This document shows, in pieces, positions 52,897 through 61,745 of a DNA stretch of 64,000 nt (position 1 is its first letter; each line of letters opens with the position of its first letter). The DNA is from Acidimicrobiia bacterium. GTDB taxonomy: Bacteria > Actinomycetota > Acidimicrobiia > Acidimicrobiales > JANYDT01. A model generated the notes under the pieces. That model was given only the letters and a program-made list of their open reading frames with translations, did not search any database and was not told the origin of the DNA. The DNA lies in the NCBI GenBank assembly GCA_031385545.1, contig JANNBN010000129.1, positions 33,062-97,061 of the forward strand. Reading direction: 5' to 3'. A program made the position numbers and the translations under genes.

Positions 52897-54447
52897 CTAC
52901 GAGATTGCCGGAGCGGATTCCCCGACGAACTGCACCCGGAGTTCGCGTTTCAGAACCTTCCCGGTTGCGTTGCGCGGCAGCGCGTCGACGATGGCGATGT
53001 CGTTGGGTACCTTGAACTTTGCCAACCGTGACACACAATGCTCAACCACAGTCGACCGGTCCAGCAGCTGACCTGGCTTCAGCACCAGTACTGCCAGACC
53101 CACCTCGCCCCACTTGTCGTTCGGAACGCCGATGACCGCAGCGTCTGCCACGGCGGGAATCTGGAACAGCACGTTCTCGACCTCAGCGGGGTAGACGTTC
53201 TCCCCGCCCGAGATGTACATGTCTTTCCATCTGTCGACGATGTAGATGAAGCCCTCGTCGTCGAGCTTCGCTGCGTCGCCGGTCTTCAGCCATCCGTCGT
53301 GGAAGCTGCTTGCCGTTGCCTCGGGCTTGTTCCAATAGCCCGGTGTGATGTTGGGTCCCTTCGTCCATAACTCACCGACCTCGCCCGGGCCGCAGTCGGT
53401 GCCGTCCTCCCCCACGATGCGTACTCCGGTGTGCAGGAGCGGCTTGCCTGCCGAGCCGATCTTGCGGAGCGCGTCGGCAGGGTCCAGCATCGTGACACCG
53501 GGGCTGGTTTCGGTCATGCCGTACCCCTGAACGATTTCGACGCCACGGCCGGCCCACGTCTCAATGATTGCGAGCGCGCACGGAGCGCCGCCGACTCCGG
53601 CCACACGGAGTCGCGACAAATCGGCCGTTTCGAAATCGGGGTGTTGCATCATGAACTGATACGGGGCCGGTACAGCGAAGAAGTGCGTGACGCCGTACGC
53701 CGGGTCGCTGATGACGCGCAACGCTTCGCCGGGGTCGAACGCTTGCGCGATGATGACTGTGCCGCCGGCATGCAAAACCGGGTTGGAGTAACAGTTGAGG
53801 CCACCTGTGTGGAAAAGCGGGAGCACACTCAGGTGCACGGTGTCCGGCGAGATACGCGCCGGGATGCCCAGGTTGATGCAGTTCCAGAAGGTCATACCGT
53901 GGGTGATGAGCGCACCCTTCGGATGGCCCGTGGTCCCTGAGGTGTACATGATCGCCCAGGGGTCGTCGTGGGTGAGCGGGGTTCGAGGGAAGGGCGATCC
54001 ATCGTGCGCCGCGATGGCCTGTTCAAAGGGATTGTCCTCGCCCGCCGCCTGATCGATGCACAGCAACTGCGTGATATCGCACAACAGCCGAAGCTGGTTC
54101 GCCATATCGGCCAGCGTCGAATCGTGGATCATGAAACGCGGGGTGGAGTCGTTGCAGATGTATTCAAGCTCCGGAACGGTGAGCCGCCAGTTGAGCAGCA
54201 CCGCAATGGCCCCGATCCGCCCACACGCGAACTGTGCTTCCAAATACTCGTTGCCGTTGCGAGCCAATACGGCCACCCGGTCGCCTTTGGTTACGCCCCT
54301 CGCTTTGAGATACGCCGCGAGACCATCTGTGCGCCTATGAACATCGGCGTAGGTGAGCCGCCGTCCGGTGCCAAGGTCGATGACGGCCAGCTTGCTGGGC
54401 CGAAGGTCGTTGTGATGCTGGATCCAGTCGAAGACGGCAACGGTCAT
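52897..54447 (-). CDS. Long-chain-fatty-acid--CoA ligase / AMP-dependent synthetase
   Basis: YTSGTTGHPKGA, ...YGMTETSP..., TGDAAKLDDEGFIYIVDRWKDMYISGGENVYP and terminal ...GKVLKREL. ATG 54447 preferred over TTG 54483. Confidence 0.9.
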   Translation of the reverse strand: MTVAVFDWIQHHNDLRPSKLAVIDLGTGRRLTYADVHRRTDGLAAYLKARGVTKGDRVAVLARNGNEYLEAQFACGRIGAIAVLLNWRLTVPELEYICNDSTPRFMIHDSTLADMANQLRLLCDITQLLCIDQAAGEDNPFEQAIAAHDGSPFPRTPLTHDDPWAIMYTSGTTGHPKGALITHGMTFWNCINLGIPARISPDTVHLSVLPLFHTGGLNCYSNPVLHAGGTVIIAQAFDPGEALRVISDPAYGVTHFFAVPAPYQFMMQHPDFETADLSRLRVAGVGGAPCALAIIETWAGRGVEIVQGYGMTETSPGVTMLDPADALRKIGSAGKPLLHTGVRIVGEDGTDCGPGEVGELWTKGPNITPGYWNKPEATASSFHDGWLKTGDAAKLDDEGFIYIVDRWKDMYISGGENVYPAEVENVLFQIPAVADAAVIGVPNDKWGEVGLAVLVLKPGQLLDRSTVVEHCVSRLAKFKVPNDIAIVDALPRNATGKVLKRELRVQFVGESAPAIS

Positions 54448-54509
54448 GCCGCCAGCTTGCCCGGTCCGATCGGAACCGTCCAACGGAGGTGGCCGTCGGG
54501 ACCGCTGGG

Positions 54510-56387
54510 TCAGGTTCCCAAGGACGCCAGCGGTAGTTCGAACCAGCGAAGGTGTTCGAACGCGGGGGACAACGAGCCGGTGGTCAGCGCCTCTTCGACC
54601 CAGGCCGGGGCGGCTGCGAATCGGCTGCGGGCTTCGTCGAGGTACCCCCGAAGCGCTGACTCGGGTGCATGCACACGCGCCACCGCGGGCCGAACCAGAT
54701 TGCCGGTTTTCGCGTCGTAGGACAGATCTGACAGCCGAAGTGGCGGCTCGATCGGGCCCCTCTGGTGACGCCAGAGGCCGGTCGCCGGGTTGAAGCGGTA
54801 CTCAGGAAGCAACTTCCATCCATGTTCTGCCACCAGGTTGACCGCGTCGACCAGGTAGGAGAACACCGTCTCGGAGATGAAGTAGTTGAAGCTCACCCGG
54901 GTCCAGCCAGGTTTGATGCCTTCACAGCCGTGTGTGATTTCGCTCTCGAACTCGTGCGAACGCGCGATGTCGATGCCCAGTAGGCGGTGGCCGTACGGAC
55001 CTGCACAGGAGCAACCACCCCGGGACTGGATGCCGAAGAGGTCGTTGAGCAGCGCCACCACGAAGTTGTGATGAAGGTAACGGTTGCCCGGGTTCGACCG
55101 GTCCGGAGCGCTACCTCCATTCAGCGCCGGCCGGCGAACGACGAACGACACGATCGACAGGCGCTCCGAGATGGTGTTGCCCAGCACCTGCATGGCTGGG
55201 TTTTTGAGCCAGGCCGCGACCGCACGCTGCCAGTACGCCTCTTCGTGGGCGCGGATGGTTGGGACACCGACGGACTGCTTGAGCTGGAAAACGAGCCCGG
55301 CCCGGATCGATTCGACGATGGCCGGTGTGCCTCCCTCCTCGCGATGAACCGGGTCATCGAGGTAACGATGCTCCAACGGGTTGACATAGGCAACCGTGCC
55401 GCCGCCGACGAGATGTGGGACCCGGTTGCGCAGGTGTTCCCGACGGACGACCAGGACCCCGGGCGTTCCCGGCCCGCCGACGAACTTATGCGGGCTGAGA
55501 AAAGCGGCGTCTTTGTACGCCAGCGGATGTGCAGCACACGTGGGATACATCTCTATGTCTACATAGGGTGCTGCTGCTGCGAAGTCCCACAGCGAAAGCG
55601 CTCCGTGTCGATGCAGGAGGTCGGCGATGGCGCAGGTGTTGGAGACGATGCCGGTGACGTTGGACGCGGCAGAGAACGAACCGATCTTGAGTGGCCGTGC
55701 AGAGTAGGCAACGAGCTGGGTGTCGAGGGCGTCGAGGTCGATGTGTCCGTCGGCATCCTCGGGAATCACCACGACGTCGGCGATCGATTCGCGCCAGGGG
55801 AGTTCGTTGGTGTGATGCTCGAAGGGCCCGACGAACACGACCGGCCGCTCATCGGCGGGGATCTGCGCTGACAGGTTGTAGCGGTCATCAAGGTCGGCGG
55901 GGATGCGCAGGTTCATGATGCCGATCAACCGATCGACGGCACTGGTTGCACCGGACCCGGCGAAGATCACACAGACCTCGTCATCACCGGGTCCAATGGG
56001 TTGCTCCACCTCGGGTTCAACTCCGATCCCTCCGTTCACCGCTCGGCCGCGCCCAACCACGGCGCTGTGGATGATTCGCCGCGCGTCTTCGCGCAGGCGG
56101 GTGGTCTGCAAGCCGGTACCAGACGACTCGGTGTGGGTGTTGGCGTAACGCGGCAGGACCTCTTCGCGGATGTAGTCCTCGATGAACGACAGGGAGCGAC
56201 CGGAGGCCGTGTAATCGGCGTACGTGATCCGACGCGGACCATACGGGCCGTCCATAACCAGGTCGTCGCCGATGACCGATTCCCGGATGCGGGCAAGCAA
56301 TGGTGTGTCGGGCGGTGAGGCATCGGGTGCGGTCTGCACCAGCCGCTCGTGGTGCCCTGCGGTGGGCTGATTGGTTGTCTGGCTCAT
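54510..56387 (-). CDS. Large (~625 aa) class-V aminotransferase-fold PLP enzyme (NifS/cysteine-desulfurase-like) with C-terminal extension
   Basis: RBS GGAG before ATG 56387. ...ITYADYTASGRSL..., ...YANTHTESSGTG..., ...VIFAGSGATSAVDRL..., ...FLSPHKFVGGPGTPGVLV... (PLP-Lys region). Carries the 59-nt in-frame element at codons 112-131. Confidence 0.75.
   Translation of the reverse strand: MSQTTNQPTAGHHERLVQTAPDASPPDTPLLARIRESVIGDDLVMDGPYGPRRITYADYTASGRSLSFIEDYIREEVLPRYANTHTESSGTGLQTTRLREDARRIIHSAVVGRGRAVNGGIGVEPEVEQPIGPGDDEVCVIFAGSGATSAVDRLIGIMNLRIPADLDDRYNLSAQIPADERPVVFVGPFEHHTNELPWRESIADVVVIPEDADGHIDLDALDTQLVAYSARPLKIGSFSAASNVTGIVSNTCAIADLLHRHGALSLWDFAAAAPYVDIEMYPTCAAHPLAYKDAAFLSPHKFVGGPGTPGVLVVRREHLRNRVPHLVGGGTVAYVNPLEHRYLDDPVHREEGGTPAIVESIRAGLVFQLKQSVGVPTIRAHEEAYWQRAVAAWLKNPAMQVLGNTISERLSIVSFVVRRPALNGGSAPDRSNPGNRYLHHNFVVALLNDLFGIQSRGGCSCAGPYGHRLLGIDIARSHEFESEITHGCEGIKPGWTRVSFNYFISETVFSYLVDAVNLVAEHGWKLLPEYRFNPATGLWRHQRGPIEPPLRLSDLSYDAKTGNLVRPAVARVHAPESALRGYLDEARSRFAAAPAWVEEALTTGSLSPAFEHLRWFELPLASLGT
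55996..56054 (-). repeat. 59-nt element, copy B (in frame inside the class-V PLP enzyme gene)
   Basis: The reverse complement GGGCGCGGCCGAGCGGTGAACGGAGGGATCGGAGTTGAACCCGAGGTGGAGCAACCCAT is 53/59 identical to 57779..57837. Encodes GRGRAVNGGIGVEPEVEQPI. Confidence 0.9.
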
Positions 56388-56535
56388 GCGTTGCTCCGGC
56401 ACCCGTTCGATATCGGTCAGCCTCGCATGGAACCGAAGTGTTGCAGACCCAAACTCGGCGCTGTCGGCTCGTTCAGGTGTCATGTTTTGGTCATAAACGC
56501 GCAGAAAGTGACACCTGAACTCCTGGCCCAGGGTG

Positions 56536-57708
56536 CTACAGCTTTGCGAACAGGCGGGCTGCTTGTTCGCTGGCTTTGGCCCGTACCTCGTGGGGATCAA
56601 CAGTGATTGCCCGACCCTCGTCCAGCAGCACTGTGCCGTCGGCCCGGACCACTCGCCGAGCGCGGACACCCGGTGAGAACGCAATGTGCCATGCCTCTAC
56701 CGGGTCGTAGTTCCAGGTCACCGTGTCGGTCTTTGCTTCGGGCATGAGATCCCATCCGTTCTCAAGCCAACTCCACACGGTGTCTGGGGTCTGCCGAACA
56801 TCGCTCTCTCGCAAGCGCGCATAGGAAAGCCGAAACTCTTCCAGCATGTCTGCGCCGATGCCATCTGTTCCGAGCACGATGCGATTGGGTCGGGTGGCTG
56901 GCGCCGCGTAACCGACTGCGTTGTTCATGTTGGACCGTGCGTTGTGGGCGATGGTGCCCGGCAGGTCTCGGTCGAGGTGCACGCAATGAACAAGAAGCCA
57001 GTCGTCTTGAGCAAGGCTTTCAAGACGCGCACCGGCATCGGCGTCACCGGCGCCTTCGGAGACGTGAACGTGGACGCCCACCCCGAGGCGAGACGCCATG
57101 TCGGCAGCGGCTTCGAGTGTTTCGGTAGAACACGTGAACGCTGCGTGGATGCCGACCATGCCGTGTCCACCGGCTTTGATGAAGCGTTCGTTCTCGGCCA
57201 ACCCTCGCCGGGCAGCGTCGGTCATGCGAGCTGGCCTGGTGGCCGAAGATGCGGAGGGTTGGCCCTCCACGGCGATGAGGCCCGATGACGTGTGCCGGTC
57301 TGTGACGCCGTAGGTTGTGAGGACACGAACCCCCACCTCGGCGCATGCTTGTGCGATGACGTCAAGGCTTCCCTCGATGGCGTTGGGGCTCTCGTGATGG
57401 TCGATGATGGCCGTGGTGCCGCACTCCAGCGCTTCCAACGCACCGAGCATGGCTGACCAGCGAATCATCTCCAAGTCGAGGGCGCAGTCCAGCCGCCACC
57501 ACACCTGTTCCAAGATCTCTCCGAAGCCGGTTGTCGACCTCGGCGGTGCAGGCATACCGCGCGCGAGTGCGGAATACAGGTGGTGATGCCCGCAGACAAG
57601 GCCCGGAGTTGTTGCGCTCACGACTGCGAGGCTAGCGGGCACGGCGAACTGTGCGATGTCTGAACACGGTGGGTCAAGATGAACTGTGACCACGACCCGC
57701 GACCTCAC
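56536..57708 (-). CDS. SsnA-like amidohydrolase (chlorohydrolase/aminohydrolase superfamily)
   Basis: PGLVCGHHHLYSALARG, VWWRLDCALD, IIDHHESP and AHNARSNMNNAVGY...LGTDGIGADMLEE closely parallel E. coli SsnA motifs as I remember them. The N-terminus looks shortened. The GTG start at 57708 (or 57693) overlaps the divergent DSD1 start. Confidence 0.75.
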   Translation of the reverse strand: MRSRVVVTVHLDPPCSDIAQFAVPASLAVVSATTPGLVCGHHHLYSALARGMPAPPRSTTGFGEILEQVWWRLDCALDLEMIRWSAMLGALEALECGTTAIIDHHESPNAIEGSLDVIAQACAEVGVRVLTTYGVTDRHTSSGLIAVEGQPSASSATRPARMTDAARRGLAENERFIKAGGHGMVGIHAAFTCSTETLEAAADMASRLGVGVHVHVSEGAGDADAGARLESLAQDDWLLVHCVHLDRDLPGTIAHNARSNMNNAVGYAAPATRPNRIVLGTDGIGADMLEEFRLSYARLRESDVRQTPDTVWSWLENGWDLMPEAKTDTVTWNYDPVEAWHIAFSPGVRARRVVRADGTVLLDEGRAITVDPHEVRAKASEQAARLFAKL

Positions 57709-58780
57709 GACGCCTGCCCTGCTGCTCGATCATGGCGCCTTTCAACACAACTTGGCACTAATGGCGGAGCGGTTCCCCGGGCGTGGCCGAGTGGTGAGCG
57801 GAGGGATCGGAGCCGAACCTGAGGTGGAGCAACCCATGAGGAACGGAGCACGCCTGCGGCCGCACGTGAAGGCACACAAAAGCACGTCGATCGGCCGTGC
57901 GCAGGTCGCCGTTGGTCACCACAGTTTTACCTGCGCGACGGTTCGCGAAATGGAAGGCATGGCGGGGGTAGGGCTCGGCGAGGACCTGCTCCTCGCGAAC
58001 GAGGTCGCCGACGCACGTCGGCTCGGTGTTCTGGTCGAGGGAGGCGCGCGGGTCACGCTGGCAGTCGACTCCGACGAGACGATCCGGGCGGCGAGCGGGG
58101 GAGGTGTCCGCGAGGTGGTGATCGACGTCAACGTGGGCCTCCCGAGGTGCGGGTGCGAACCAGACGATGCCGGACGACTCGCGGACCTCGCCCGGTCTGC
58201 GGGCCTGACGGTTCGTGGCGTGATGGGCTACGAGGGTCACCTGATGATGGTGCCTGCTGAGGAGCAGCGGGCGAAGGTTGAGCATGCAATGTCGCTATTG
58301 CTGGCCGCGCACGCACAGGTGGGTGGCGACTTGGTCTCGGCAGGTGGCACCGGCACGCATCTGGTCAACACATGGGCGAACGAGATCCAGGCCGGTTCCT
58401 ATGCGCTGCTCGACTCGCAGTACGCGAAGCTCGGCCAGGGTTTCCGTCAGGCGCTCTGGGTCGAGGCCACTGTGATCTCGGTCAACCGCGGCAGCGGGTT
58501 CGCGGTCGCTGACGCCGGTCTCAAGGCATTCGGGATGGATCACGGGAACCCGGCGGTTCCCGGTGCCGATGTGTGGTTCTGCTCCGACGAGCACATCACC
58601 TTCCGGCTCCACCCCGACGGTCCACTTCGCGGGGTCGGTGTCGGCGATCGTGTGCGTGTCGTCCCTGCTCATTGCGATCCGACGGTTGCCTACCACGATG
58701 CATATTCGCTGATCGCCGATGCGGCGGCGATGGATTGCGAAGTTCTCGACCGATGGGCTGTCGATCTGCGCGGTTGGTGA
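57686..58780 (+). CDS. DSD1-family PLP enzyme (D-serine dehydratase / D-threonine aldolase-like, alanine-racemase N-domain fold)
   Basis: TPALLLDHGAFQHNL..., LRPHVKAHKS (PLP lysine motif), ...GYEGHL..., ...DEHITF....RVVPAHCDPTV. Carries the 59-nt in-frame element at codons 32-51. Confidence 0.75.
   Translation: MTTTRDLTTPALLLDHGAFQHNLALMAERFPGRGRVVSGGIGAEPEVEQPMRNGARLRPHVKAHKSTSIGRAQVAVGHHSFTCATVREMEGMAGVGLGEDLLLANEVADARRLGVLVEGGARVTLAVDSDETIRAASGGGVREVVIDVNVGLPRCGCEPDDAGRLADLARSAGLTVRGVMGYEGHLMMVPAEEQRAKVEHAMSLLLAAHAQVGGDLVSAGGTGTHLVNTWANEIQAGSYALLDSQYAKLGQGFRQALWVEATVISVNRGSGFAVADAGLKAFGMDHGNPAVPGADVWFCSDEHITFRLHPDGPLRGVGVGDRVRVVPAHCDPTVAYHDAYSLIADAAAMDCEVLDRWAVDLRGW
57779..57837 (+). repeat. 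59-nt element, copy A (in frame inside the DSD1 PLP enzyme gene)
   Basis: GGGCGTGGCCGAGTGGTGAGCGGAGGGATCGGAGCCGAACCTGAGGTGGAGCAACCCAT. Encodes GRGRVVSGGIGAEPEVEQPM. It is an inverted repeat of 55996..56054. Confidence 0.9.
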
Positions 58781-58807
58781 AGGCAGCCAGACCTGTGAAC
58801 ATGGGCC

Positions 58808-59410
58808 GTGGCTGTTTTCCCCGACTTCGTCAAGTCTTTCGACGCTGCGTACTACTCGCGGTTCTACGACCACGCGAAGGTGCACGATCAGGCGCGGCTG
58901 GATTCGCTGATCACCGGCCTGCTGGGCTTTGCCCGGTGGTGGCAATTGCCGGTCCGGTCGGTCCTCGACGTGGGTGCAGGGACCGGAGGGATTGGTCGGG
59001 CGCTTGCCGCACATCACCCGGGCATCCGGTATCGAGGAACCGAGATCAGCCCGCATGCTTGCAAGACATACGGGCACAAGTTGGTGGACATCACCGAGTG
59101 GGTTCCGAAGCGCGCATATGATCTGACGGTCTGCCTGTCCGTTCTGCAGTACCTCGACGAGGAGCAGTGCACCGCAGCCGTTTCCAACCTGGCGGCGGCA
59201 ACGAAATCGCTGCTCTATCTCGAGGTGACGACGTCCTGGGACCGGACACACGCTGTCGATCCGGCGCATACCGACATGAACGTTTTCTGGCGAACTGGTG
59301 CCTGGTATCGGCGCGTTCTCCAACCCCACTTTCGTCTGGTCGGTGCTGGCATGTGGGTGCCGAACGGGGCACCCGTGGTGCTGTTCGACCTGGAGGCTGC
59401 TCGCCCGTGA
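58808..59410 (+). CDS. Class I SAM-dependent methyltransferase
   Basis: Motif I VLDVGAGTGGIG, then ...YDLTVCLSVLQYL.... GTG start. Confidence 0.75.
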   Translation: MAVFPDFVKSFDAAYYSRFYDHAKVHDQARLDSLITGLLGFARWWQLPVRSVLDVGAGTGGIGRALAAHHPGIRYRGTEISPHACKTYGHKLVDITEWVPKRAYDLTVCLSVLQYLDEEQCTAAVSNLAAATKSLLYLEVTTSWDRTHAVDPAHTDMNVFWRTGAWYRRVLQPHFRLVGAGMWVPNGAPVVLFDLEAARP

Positions 59411-60400
59411 TCAGACAACTGACCAGGGATGTCCCGGTGGCAAGGGCGCAGGCTCCACGACGCCCTTCTGCGCGGTGATGATGCCGTAGTGCTGCGGCTC
59501 GCGGTAGCGGCTCATCTGGAACAGCGTGTGCTTGAACTTGAAGCACAGATCCAGGTCGGCGTCGGCAACGATGACTTCGTCGCCGGTCGTCAGTGCACGT
59601 GCGACGATCTGCCCCGACGGTGCGTAGATGGCTGACTGGCAGAGCGACTCGACACCTTCTTCGTTCCCGCCCTTTGCCACCCCGACGACCCACGTACCGT
59701 TCTGGTACGCACCTGACTGCATGCAGATGTCGTTGTGGAACCCCTGCAGGCTGTTCTGCGCCGGATCAGGCGCATAGTGGATTGGTGTGTTGTAGCCGAT
59801 GCCGATGAGCTCGACGCCTTGCAAGCCCATTACCCGGTATGTCTCCGGCCAGCGCCGGTCGTTGCAGGTTGCCATGCCGACGATGCAGCCGAACGCCCGG
59901 TGCACTCCGAAGCCGTCGGGACCCGATTCGAAGTAGTAGCGCTCAAGATGCTGGAACGGTCGGTGCGGTTCGTGGGTCTCGTGCCCGGGGATGTGAACCT
60001 TGCGATACCGGCCGACAACCTGCCCGTCACGTTCGACGCAGATGGTGGTGTTGTACCGGTGCCGGGTACCGTCTGACGCGACATGCAGCTCGCCATATCC
60101 GATCATGAACCCGACTCCCAGCCGTTTTGCTTCGTCGAACAGCGGCTGTGTGACCGGCGACGGCATCGACGTTTCGAACCATGACTCGATGAAGGCTGGG
60201 TCTTCGGACCACCAACGAGGGAAGAATGTGGTGAGCGCCAACTCCGGGAACACCACAAGCTGCGCTCCCCGGCTGGATGCGTTACGAAGCATCACAATGA
60301 GACGTTCAACAACATCAGCGCGCGTATGGTCGTTCTGTACGGGACCCATCTGTGCCCCGGCGACCGTGAGTACGCGCGGCGCCCTGTGTGGCGAATTCAT
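59411..60400 (-). CDS. Carbon-nitrogen hydrolase family protein, N-carbamoyl-D-amino-acid hydrolase-like
   Basis: Nitrilase-superfamily triad context: ...LVVFPELALTTFFPRWW (Glu), ...YRKVHIPG (Lys), ...IVGMATCNDRRWPE (Cys). Its stop abuts the convergent methyltransferase stop (TGATCA). Confidence 0.8.
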   Translation of the reverse strand: MNSPHRAPRVLTVAGAQMGPVQNDHTRADVVERLIVMLRNASSRGAQLVVFPELALTTFFPRWWSEDPAFIESWFETSMPSPVTQPLFDEAKRLGVGFMIGYGELHVASDGTRHRYNTTICVERDGQVVGRYRKVHIPGHETHEPHRPFQHLERYYFESGPDGFGVHRAFGCIVGMATCNDRRWPETYRVMGLQGVELIGIGYNTPIHYAPDPAQNSLQGFHNDICMQSGAYQNGTWVVGVAKGGNEEGVESLCQSAIYAPSGQIVARALTTGDEVIVADADLDLCFKFKHTLFQMSRYREPQHYGIITAQKGVVEPAPLPPGHPWSVV

Positions 60401-61647
60401 CCGAGTACGTCCGTTTCGCTGAGGGTGAGCATGACAGTGGCGAGGATATCGGCGCCCATCACCAGGTCTGCTGGTTCAGTGAACTCGGCCGGGTTGTGGC
60501 TGATTCCGTTGTGGCTCTGCGTGAAGATCATCGCGGTGGGGCACATTCGCGCAAACATCTGAGCGTCGTGGCCGGCTCCCGACGGAAGTCGTTTCACGGT
60601 GTTGCCCATGTCGATTGCTGTGCGTTCGATGAGCGAGATCATCTTCCCGTCGAACGAGACCGGTTCGAATCTGGCGAGCGTCCTCGAGGTGATCGTGACC
60701 CCTTCCTCGCCGGCAACCGCGATAACGAAGGCTGCGAGCCTGCGTTCGGAATCCTGCAACAGTGTCTCGTCCGTGTTGCGAAGGTCGACAGTCATGACAG
60801 CGGAGGCGGCAACGACGTTGATCAGGTTTGGGTGCAGTTTGATCTGGCCAACGGTGCCCACATGCGGGTGGCCGATAGACAATGCAAGTTCGCGTACGAA
60901 TACGGCGATGCGGGCAGCCACATACCCGGGGTCGTGGCGCAATGACATCGGCGTGGTCCCTGCGTGGTTCGACTGGCCGGTGATAGTGAGTTCCTGCCAC
61001 GAGATTCCTTGCACTCCCGTGACAGCGCCGATGCGGAAGTCTTCGGCCTCCAGCACCGGGCCTTGTTCGATGTGCAGTTCGACGAATGCATAAGGCGCGG
61101 GGCCGGGGCACGGGGCTGTGCCGAGGTATCCGATGCGGGTGAGTTCGTCGCCGACCCGGGTGCCGTCGATCCCGATCACGTCGTGGGCCTCTTCCGCGGT
61201 CAGACCGCCGCAGTACACCAGGCTGCCCATCATGTCGGGGTTGTACCTGGCACCCTCTTCGTTGGTGAAGTAGCCCACGGCGATGGGCCGGTTGGTCGGC
61301 GTGTCGGTTTCTTGCAACCGCTCGATCACTTCCAGCGCTGCCAGCACCCCCAGGTTGCCGTCGTACAGGCCCCCGGTGCGGACCGTGTCGATGTGACTGC
61401 CGCTCATGACCGGACGATCGATGTTTCCGTTGCTGTCGGGACGGATGCCGATCACGTTGCCGATCGTGTCGATGGTGACGTGCAGACCGAGATCGATCAT
61501 CCAGGTCTTGACCAGGTCACGTCCTGACCGGTCTTCGTCGGTCAGGGCGAGCCGAGCCGACCCGGGCTCGCCGTTCGGCCCCTCGATGGCCCCGATCTGG
61601 CCCAGCTCACTCAGGCGCTCCAGCAATCTGACTCCGTTGACCTTCAC
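60397..61647 (-). CDS. M20-family Zn amidohydrolase (allantoate amidohydrolase / N-carbamoyl-L-amino-acid hydrolase type)
   Basis: ...DTIGNVIGIRP..., MSGSHIDTVRTGGLYDGNLGV, ...FTNEEGARY..., ...SGAGHDAQ.... ATGA overlap with the carbamoylase gene. GTG start. Confidence 0.85.
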   Translation of the reverse strand: MKVNGVRLLERLSELGQIGAIEGPNGEPGSARLALTDEDRSGRDLVKTWMIDLGLHVTIDTIGNVIGIRPDSNGNIDRPVMSGSHIDTVRTGGLYDGNLGVLAALEVIERLQETDTPTNRPIAVGYFTNEEGARYNPDMMGSLVYCGGLTAEEAHDVIGIDGTRVGDELTRIGYLGTAPCPGPAPYAFVELHIEQGPVLEAEDFRIGAVTGVQGISWQELTITGQSNHAGTTPMSLRHDPGYVAARIAVFVRELALSIGHPHVGTVGQIKLHPNLINVVAASAVMTVDLRNTDETLLQDSERRLAAFVIAVAGEEGVTITSRTLARFEPVSFDGKMISLIERTAIDMGNTVKRLPSGAGHDAQMFARMCPTAMIFTQSHNGISHNPAEFTEPADLVMGADILATVMLTLSETDVLG

Positions 61648-61745
61648 GGTTCCGAGGGTAGTTGAGGGCAGCCCGGAACCAATGGCCAGCTTGCTTTCTC
61701 AGGCGACCAACCCTCGATTTGACCCCCCCGAATCGGGCCGAGAAC

